Position numbers and translations under genes: made by a program. DNA of 64,000 nucleotides from Pseudomonadota bacterium (lineage in GTDB: Bacteria; Pseudomonadota; Gammaproteobacteria; Ga0077536): NCBI GenBank assembly GCA_036339995.1, contig JAYYZW010000119.1, positions 691 through 64,690 of the forward strand, read 5' to 3'. The notes beneath the pieces are model-generated. The model did not search any database. It was not told where the DNA came from and was given only the letters and a program-made list of their open reading frames with translations. The first letter of the stretch is position 1. Each line of letters starts with the position of its first letter. Shown here piece after piece: positions 57,946 to 64,000 of the stretch.

Positions 57946-59151
57946 CTACGGTGCAGGGCCGATCACCCCGGATTTTTCCAGCGCCGCGATTTCTTCTGTC
58001 GTCATGCCCAGGTGGTCGCTCAGCACGTCGTAATTGTGTTCGCCGATACGTGCAACCGCAGCACCGACGACGGCATGGGTGTCGGAAAACAGAAACGGCG
58101 AGTTCGGCACCTTAAGCGGTCCGGCCGCGTCATTTACTTCGGTCAGCATGCCGCGATGGACCAGTTGCGGATCGCCGTCCAGGTCGCCTATCCCGCGATA
58201 AGTTGCGCACGGAAGCCGGCGCGCCTCGAAGGCTTCCATCGCTTCGGTCGAGGTCTTCGTGCGCGTCCAGGATTCGATTTCGTCCTGCAGAAAATCGTAG
58301 TTGTATATGCGGGCGGTGGTCGTGGTGAAGCGGGGATCTCCGATCAAATCGGGGCGCCCTACGCAATTCATGAGGTCGACGAAATGGTGCTGGTTGAGCG
58401 GTATCACCATGACGAAGCCGTCGCGGGTTTCGAGCGGGCCGTAATGCCGATCGTTCATTTCGCCGTTGAAGGCGCTTTGAAAGTCCTTGTGCATCGTCGC
58501 CAGCAGGGTGTCTTGCATCGCGATGTCGATGTACTGCCCTGTTCCTGAGTTGGCGCGGTAATAAAGGGCCGCCATGATGGCGCCAAAGGCCTGCAACGAG
58601 GCACTCGTATCACCCACTGGCAGGCCCATGTTCAGCGGTCGCGTGTGTCCGGGTTGGGCCCGCTGCGTGACGAAATCGTAACCGCTCGTCGCCTGCACGA
58701 TAGGCGCGTAGGCGGGACGCGACGCTTCGGGCCCGGTCTGACCGTATCCCGATATCGAGCACATGATGAGTCGTGGATTGACCGATTTGAGGGTTTCGTA
58801 ATCGAGGCCCAGACGCCGCATGACGCCCGGGCTGTAATTTTCGATGACTATGTCGTGAGTTGCGAGCAGGCGCTTGCAAAGATCTACCGCCTCGGACCGT
58901 TTGAGATCCATCGACACGCAGAGCTTGCCGCTGTTCACTGCACTGAAAAGCGCGCTGACGTCGCCGCGCATGGGCCCCGCCGTACGGAGGATCTCACCCT
59001 CGGGCGCTTCAATTTTGACAACTTCGGCACCGAGGTCCGCCATCAGGCGCGTGCAGTAGGAGCCCGCGATCACTGCGGTGAAATCGAGTACGCGTACGCC
59101 GTCGAGCACGCGCGGTCCGTGTTCGTTGCGGTTTTTTTCCATAGTGAGCAT
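57946..59151 (-). CDS. CoA-transferase family III (CaiB/BaiF) protein
   Basis: 401 aa. VLDFTAVIAGSYCTRLMADLGAEVVKIE N-terminal signature. Confidence 0.8.
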   Translation of the reverse strand: MLTMEKNRNEHGPRVLDGVRVLDFTAVIAGSYCTRLMADLGAEVVKIEAPEGEILRTAGPMRGDVSALFSAVNSGKLCVSMDLKRSEAVDLCKRLLATHDIVIENYSPGVMRRLGLDYETLKSVNPRLIMCSISGYGQTGPEASRPAYAPIVQATSGYDFVTQRAQPGHTRPLNMGLPVGDTSASLQAFGAIMAALYYRANSGTGQYIDIAMQDTLLATMHKDFQSAFNGEMNDRHYGPLETRDGFVMVIPLNQHHFVDLMNCVGRPDLIGDPRFTTTTARIYNYDFLQDEIESWTRTKTSTEAMEAFEARRLPCATYRGIGDLDGDPQLVHRGMLTEVNDAAGPLKVPNSPFLFSDTHAVVGAAVARIGEHNYDVLSDHLGMTTEEIAALEKSGVIGPAP

Positions 59152-59186
59152 TCCGAGTCCGCCTTCTGCTGGCGATTGTGACCGGC

Positions 59187-62033
59187 TCAGGTCGCGATCA
59201 CTACCCGTATCGCGTCGAGTTTCAACTGGGCCGCACGCAGATAGCGTTCGAGATTCTGCATGCTCGTCTCGAAATGGGCGATTTCTTCCTCACGTACGTT
59301 CGGATTCACCTTGGCCAGACTCCGCAGGCGATCGATTTCAGCCTGCACGAGCTCCTTCATCGCCGTGCTTGCCTGCTCGACGATCCCCTCCTGCGCGACC
59401 TCTGCCAGGTGCGCGGCATGGTCGAGGAGTTCACCGATTAGATCGCGTGTCTTCGCGATCACTTTCTGCGCCGTAGACGGCGGTACATCTCGCACATGCT
59501 CGTTGAACCAGGCTGCTGGAAAACGGTCTGTTGCGTCTTCGCCCGCGGCATCGATCAGCAATCGAAGCGAAGATTGCGGCAGGAATCGTTCGACCTGTAG
59601 CCCGCGCGGAGCGGGACAGACGATCACGAACAGGGCTTCGATCAATAGGGTACCGGGATTCAAGCCCGGTGCCTTGACCACGCCAAAACTGGCGTTTCCA
59701 AATTCGCTGCCCAGTATCATGTCGACGGCGCCGGTCACCATGGGATGTTCCCAGGTCAGGAAATGCATGTCGTCTCGCGACTGGGCCTGGGTGCGATCGA
59801 AGGTGACCGTCAGTCCGCCCTCGGGAAGTCCGGGAAATTCATGGCAGCTCATGTGATCGCCGGGATGCACGACGAGGCTGGTCTCATCATTGTCTTCGTG
59901 CTCGACGCCGAATTCGTTGAATACGTCGTCGAGCCAGGTGCGCAGTTCGTCGGCACGTTCAGCGGTGCCGATGGCACTGACGATATCGTCCGCCCGTCTA
60001 CGGTCGAATGAATTGCGTTCGAGCAAGCGGTCGCGGCCACGCTTCAGTATTTCGGTCAATTCCAGTGCCCGCGCCCGCGTGGCCTCGACGAGACGCGCCA
60101 ATGTGGTTTCGTCTTCTGGATGCGTCATGCAATATTCGAGCGCTTCCGAGAATTCAGCGATGAGAGCTGGCCCTGCAGGGCAGATGTGAACAAAGGCGTC
60201 AAGGCCGTCGTGCAGCCAGCGGAATAGCACGGCCTGTGCCGTGCCACGGAACCAGGGTATGTGAATTTCGACCGTGTGGTTTTGGCCGATGCGGTCGAGG
60301 CGCCCGATCCGCTGCTCGAGGAGATCCGGGTCGGGCGGTAAATCGAACAGCACCAGGTGCCGCGCGAACTGGAAATTGCGACCTTCGCTACCGATCTCCG
60401 AACAGAATAGCGCCTGCGCATCGTCTTGCTGGTCGGCGAAGTAGGCTGCGGCGCGATCGCGCGAGACGAGTTCCATCCCTTCGTGGAAAACAGCCGAACG
60501 CAGCCCTTTCCGGGAACGCAGGTGAGCCTCCAAGGTCTGCGCAGTATCGGCGTAAACGCAGATCACCAGGACTTTCTCGGTGCGGTGAGACGTCAGCCAT
60601 TGCGCCAGCCATTCGACGCGCGGATCGAAGCTCAACCATTCGTCTCCGAGGAGAGTCTCTGGCGTTAGCCGTGCCACCGCGGGCACGCTGGTGTCCGCTT
60701 CCAGATATTCTGCGGGCGGTTCGAGTTCGTGGGCGTGAAGACGCCGTTCCGGAAACCCGCTAATGTTGTCCCGGCAGTTGCGGAACAGAACGCGTCCTGT
60801 GCCGTGGTGTTCGAGTAATTCCGCGACGATTCGATCCATGAACTCGTGCGCCGGGCGTGCTAGATACTCCGAGCGCAAAGCGGCGATGCGGTCGGTCCCG
60901 ATGTAGTCTGCGGCGGCCGCTTCCAGATCAGGGTCGATTAGATCGCGCGAATCGGTAAGCTGTTCGACCAGGGCGTTGACTTCTCCGTAGCGCCGCTCTT
61001 CGTCAAGAAACCTCGCCAAATCGTGATAGCGGTTACCGTCGAGTAGGCGCAGACGCGCAAAATGCCCCTCTACGCCGAGTTGTTCGGGCGTGGCCGTCAG
61101 CAGCAGCAGGCCTGGAGCCGCCGTGGCAAGTCGCTCGATGCGATCGTAAGCCGGCGTGGTATTTTCCGGCGTCCATTGGAGATGGTGGGCTTCGTCGACG
61201 ATCAACAAGTCCCAATCGGCGGCGCAGGCTTGCTCGTGTCTTTCCGGATGGTCGACCAGAAAGGCGAGACTGGTCAGAACGAGTTGTGCGGATTCGAAGG
61301 GATTGGGCTCGCCCGAGGCTACCAACTCCTCGCAGATCTCCTCGTCGAGGATGGAAAATCTTAAGTTGAAGCGACGCAGCATCTCGATCAGCCATTGATG
61401 GACCAGATTCGCCGGCACCACGATGAGTGCCCGTTGGGCGCGTCCGCTCAACAGGAGCCGGTGCAGGATCAGCCCGGCCTCGATGGTTTTGCCGAGCCCC
61501 ACTTCATCGGCCAGAAGAACGCGCGGCGCATGACGGCCGGATACTTCGTCGGCGATATAGAGTTGATGCCCCAGCAGTTGGACGCACGGTCCGACCAGGC
61601 CGAACACGGGAGAAACCCGGTGGCGGTGTTGATGGCCTAACGTATCGCTGCGCAGCCGGAATCGGCTCGTTTTGTCGACTTGCCCGGTAATCAACCGGTC
61701 TAGCGGACGGTTGAACTGCACGAAGCTGTCCAGATCGATCTCGTGCACGCTGAGCGCCCGGCCGCGCGCGTCGATGCTCTGGTAGACGAAGCAACCTTCG
61801 ATTTCCTCGACGGACTCAACGATGAACTCCGCACCGTCCTCGCTGCGGATCCGGTCGGCCGCGCGGTACTGAACGCGCGTCAAGGGAGCATTATCCAGGG
61901 CATAGGTCCGGCGTTCCTCGCTCGCTGGGAAAGTCATTACGACGTGCCGGTTCTGCACCTCGAACACGATACCGAGGCCGAGCTCGGGCTCGGTATTACT
62001 GATCCAGCGCTGTCCGGGATGGCATTCGTTCAT
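59187..62033 (-). CDS. rapA: RNA polymerase-associated SNF2-family ATPase RapA (HepA)
   Basis: 948 aa. LADEVGLGKTIEAG (motif I), DEAH box and helicase C-terminal domain. N-terminus parallels RapA. Confidence 0.9.
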   Translation of the reverse strand: MNECHPGQRWISNTEPELGLGIVFEVQNRHVVMTFPASEERRTYALDNAPLTRVQYRAADRIRSEDGAEFIVESVEEIEGCFVYQSIDARGRALSVHEIDLDSFVQFNRPLDRLITGQVDKTSRFRLRSDTLGHQHRHRVSPVFGLVGPCVQLLGHQLYIADEVSGRHAPRVLLADEVGLGKTIEAGLILHRLLLSGRAQRALIVVPANLVHQWLIEMLRRFNLRFSILDEEICEELVASGEPNPFESAQLVLTSLAFLVDHPERHEQACAADWDLLIVDEAHHLQWTPENTTPAYDRIERLATAAPGLLLLTATPEQLGVEGHFARLRLLDGNRYHDLARFLDEERRYGEVNALVEQLTDSRDLIDPDLEAAAADYIGTDRIAALRSEYLARPAHEFMDRIVAELLEHHGTGRVLFRNCRDNISGFPERRLHAHELEPPAEYLEADTSVPAVARLTPETLLGDEWLSFDPRVEWLAQWLTSHRTEKVLVICVYADTAQTLEAHLRSRKGLRSAVFHEGMELVSRDRAAAYFADQQDDAQALFCSEIGSEGRNFQFARHLVLFDLPPDPDLLEQRIGRLDRIGQNHTVEIHIPWFRGTAQAVLFRWLHDGLDAFVHICPAGPALIAEFSEALEYCMTHPEDETTLARLVEATRARALELTEILKRGRDRLLERNSFDRRRADDIVSAIGTAERADELRTWLDDVFNEFGVEHEDNDETSLVVHPGDHMSCHEFPGLPEGGLTVTFDRTQAQSRDDMHFLTWEHPMVTGAVDMILGSEFGNASFGVVKAPGLNPGTLLIEALFVIVCPAPRGLQVERFLPQSSLRLLIDAAGEDATDRFPAAWFNEHVRDVPPSTAQKVIAKTRDLIGELLDHAAHLAEVAQEGIVEQASTAMKELVQAEIDRLRSLAKVNPNVREEEIAHFETSMQNLERYLRAAQLKLDAIRVVIAT

Positions 62034-62087
62034 GAATTCAAGCGTTGCCCACGCCTACCGGGATGGTGATCGAAGGATCGTAGGGGT

Positions 62088-62720
62088 TCATTGATCACCG
62101 GCTGATTTCGGCGGCTGATTACGCTGCGATTGCCATTCCTTGAAATCCGAAGTCGTATTCACATGTGGGAAGGGTTCGTCGGGCACCAGCAGGTCGAGCG
62201 CCGCGCAGATCGGCCCCCAGCCTTGTTCGGCCCGCCACGTGACTAGGTGCGAAGCCGGCGCGGTCGCGCGCACTCTCACATTGTTCGCTTCGTAGGCAGC
62301 GATGCAGGCGTTCTTGTCCTCGATAGCGCTGATGAACCGGCTTTTGAACAACGCATCGATCATTCGGCGCCAGTCGTTGTCCGCACTCAAGGTTGCGGGA
62401 ACGATCGTGTTTGACATGCTTCGCCACCAGGCTTCAGAATCTCGCTCTGAGAGAATGATCTTGGCATCCGGAAACGCGGCATGAATTTCCGGCCAAAAGG
62501 ATGAGGCCGGCCAATCGACCGCGGCCGCGTAACCGTCGAACAGGGCATGCCAGTCGGGCATACGGCCCTCGGCCGCGGCGTGCCACAGCGGCACATCCTG
62601 CGGACGCGATATGACCTCGTGCATGTGATAACACGGCGCACCAAGCAGCTTCTCGAGCGCTACTTTGAGTGAGGTCGTGCCGGTACGGCCGATGCCGGCG
62701 CCGATGATACGCAGGGTCAC
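62088..62720 (-). CDS. sulfotransferase family protein
   Basis: GTG start at 62720 with a GGAGA RBS. PAPS-binding-like P-loop RIIGAGIGRTGTTSL. About 210 aa. The ORF N-terminal extension was rejected. Confidence 0.55.
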   Translation of the reverse strand: MTLRIIGAGIGRTGTTSLKVALEKLLGAPCYHMHEVISRPQDVPLWHAAAEGRMPDWHALFDGYAAAVDWPASSFWPEIHAAFPDAKIILSERDSEAWWRSMSNTIVPATLSADNDWRRMIDALFKSRFISAIEDKNACIAAYEANNVRVRATAPASHLVTWRAEQGWGPICAALDLLVPDEPFPHVNTTSDFKEWQSQRNQPPKSAGDQ

Positions 62721-62820
62721 GTGAGTATTCTCCGGGCTTGTCTGCCTCAGTTGTTGAGATCGACGGATTCGAGCGGACGATACGGTAGCGCCACCGGCGC
62801 CGATTTGCGATAGTTTTATC

Positions 62821-63883
62821 GTGTCCAGCGACCATACCCCGGCCCCGGAACTCGAACAGACCGCACTTTTCGCACTGCACGTGGAATTGGGCGCCAAGCT
62901 CGTTGAATTCGCGGGCTATGAGATGCCTCTGCAATACGCCCCGGGCATCGTGGCCGAACACGTCCACACACGTGAACACGCGGGGCTTTTTGACGTCTCC
63001 CACATGGGGCAGATCGCAGTTCGCGGACCCCCAGCAGCGCTATACGGTATTGACCGACGAAGCCGGCGGCATCATCGACGACCTGATGGTGACGCGCGTG
63101 CCGGACGGCCTGTTCATGGTCGTCAACGCCGCTTTCAAGGAGCGGGTTTTCACCTATCTCGAGGACGGACTCAAGGGTGAGTGCGGCCTCGAACGCTACC
63201 CCGACCGTGCCCTGCTCGCCTTGCAGGGTCCGGCAGCGGTCGAGGTATTGTCGGCGCACAGTCCGCAAACGCAGGCATTGAAATTCATGACGGACGCCGA
63301 GTGCGACCTCGCCTGCCTGGTCAACCGCTCCGGTTACACTGGCGAGAACGGCTTCGAAATCTCAGTCGCAGCGGGTGATGCCGAGCGGCTCGCCCGCTTG
63401 TTGCTCGAACACCCCCGTGTTCTAGTGGCCGGACTCGGCGCGCGCGATTCGCTCAGGCTCAAAGCGGGTCTGTGCCTTTCGGGAACCGACATCGATGCCG
63501 GCACCACGCCGATCGAAGCAGGCCTCGGTTGGATAGTCGCGAAGAAACACCGCGCACCAGCTGCGGTCCCCGCCTTTCCCGGCGCCGAAATCATTCTGCG
63601 TCAGCTGGAGGCCGGCACCTCGCGCGTACGCGTCGGCCTTCGTCCTCAGGGCCGCATCCCTTTGCGCGGTGGCATGGTGTTGTTGAACGATGCCGGGCAC
63701 GAAGTGGGTAGAATAAGCTCCGGCAGCTTCGGGCCGACGGCTGGACACCCGGTCGCCATAGGCTATGTCGACACTAGGATCGCAAACGCGGATTCGCTGC
63801 TCAAAGTGTCGATCCGAGATCGGATCCATGGGATCGAAGTCGCAAGCTTGCCGTTCGTCCCGTACCGCTATCACAGAGATTGA
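62821..63883 (+). pseudogene. gcvT: glycine cleavage system T protein (aminomethyltransferase), frameshifted and possibly internally deleted
   Basis: N-terminal piece in frame 1 (62821..63180) ends ...FDVSHMGQIAVRGP. The rest continues in frame 2 (QQRYTVLTDEAGGIIDDLMV... to 63883). The switch occurs at a C5 run near 63028-63032. Even after correction, about 20 residues usually found between HMGQI..RG and QRY..T.E.GG are missing. Confidence 0.7.
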
Positions 63884-63893
63884 AGAATTTCAC

Positions 63894-64000
63894 ATGAGCA
63901 CACTCAAATTCACTACCGCGCACGAGTGGCTGCGTGCCGAGGACGATGGCGTCGTCTGCCTAGGCATCAGCGATTACGCCCAGGAGCAACTGGGCGACAT
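63894..64000 (+). CDS. gcvH: glycine cleavage system H protein (5' partial, runs off the window)
   Basis: [35 protein letters not shown] matches the GcvH N-terminus. Truncated by the window end. Confidence 0.8.
   Translation, partial: MSTLKFTTAHEWLRAEDDGVVCLGISDYAQEQLGD

Noticed and set aside
62721-62820. Possible glycine riboswitch upstream of gcvT.
   Set aside because: No GGAGAG...ACCGAAGG-type aptamer motifs. The region is only about 100 bp and is shared with the divergent sulfotransferase gene.

Overview
GC-rich, gammaproteobacterium-type chromosomal segment, densely packed with housekeeping operons that are recognisable directly from the translated ORFs. No rRNA, tRNA or CRISPR array was found.

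Housekeeping operons present:
- fhs
- pyrG-kdsA-eno-ftsB-ispD-ispF
- smrB
- purL and purB
- a Tas-like aldo-keto reductase and rnt
- mtaD and mtnA (divergent pair)
- gyrA-pheA-tyrA-aroA-cmk-rpsA-ihfB-lapA-lapB
- pyrF and mfd
- mtnP-hpt with a DUF815-type ATPase
- glyA
- nrdR-ribD-ribE-ribBA-ribH-nusB-thiL
- rapA
- gcvT-gcvH (gcvH runs off the window end)

Accessory region: between about 46.9 and 59.2 kb there is a sulfur-themed stretch. It holds a DsrEFH/TusBCD-like gene, a TetR regulator, a SoxYZ-like carrier fusion, HpcH- and RraA-type aldolase-like genes, a DinB-family gene, a benzoylformate-decarboxylase-like TPP enzyme, a lipoprotein, an ATC-hydrolase-like gene, an AhpD/CMD-like gene, metY, a CoA-binding protein, a GNAT acetyltransferase and a CaiB/BaiF CoA-transferase. 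A sulfotransferase-like gene sits at 62 kb.

Most striking unexplained structure: a previously undescribed-looking family of roughly 150-175 bp palindromic MITE/REP-like mosaic elements. There are three full copies and one divergent copy. They sit exactly at gene boundaries, and their CTTAGGGAA terminal inverted repeats supply in-frame stop codons in both orientations. One copy lies within about 11 bp of the purL start codon.

Disrupted genes: several genes look broken.
- The ClC channel has two in-frame TAG codons plus a frameshift.
- gcvT has a frameshift in a C5 run and appears to lack a conserved segment.
- A DsrEFH-like gene is split from its signal/TM leader by a single in-frame TAA.
- The tyrA/aroA junction is frame-ambiguous.
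This indicates either gene decay or consensus errors.
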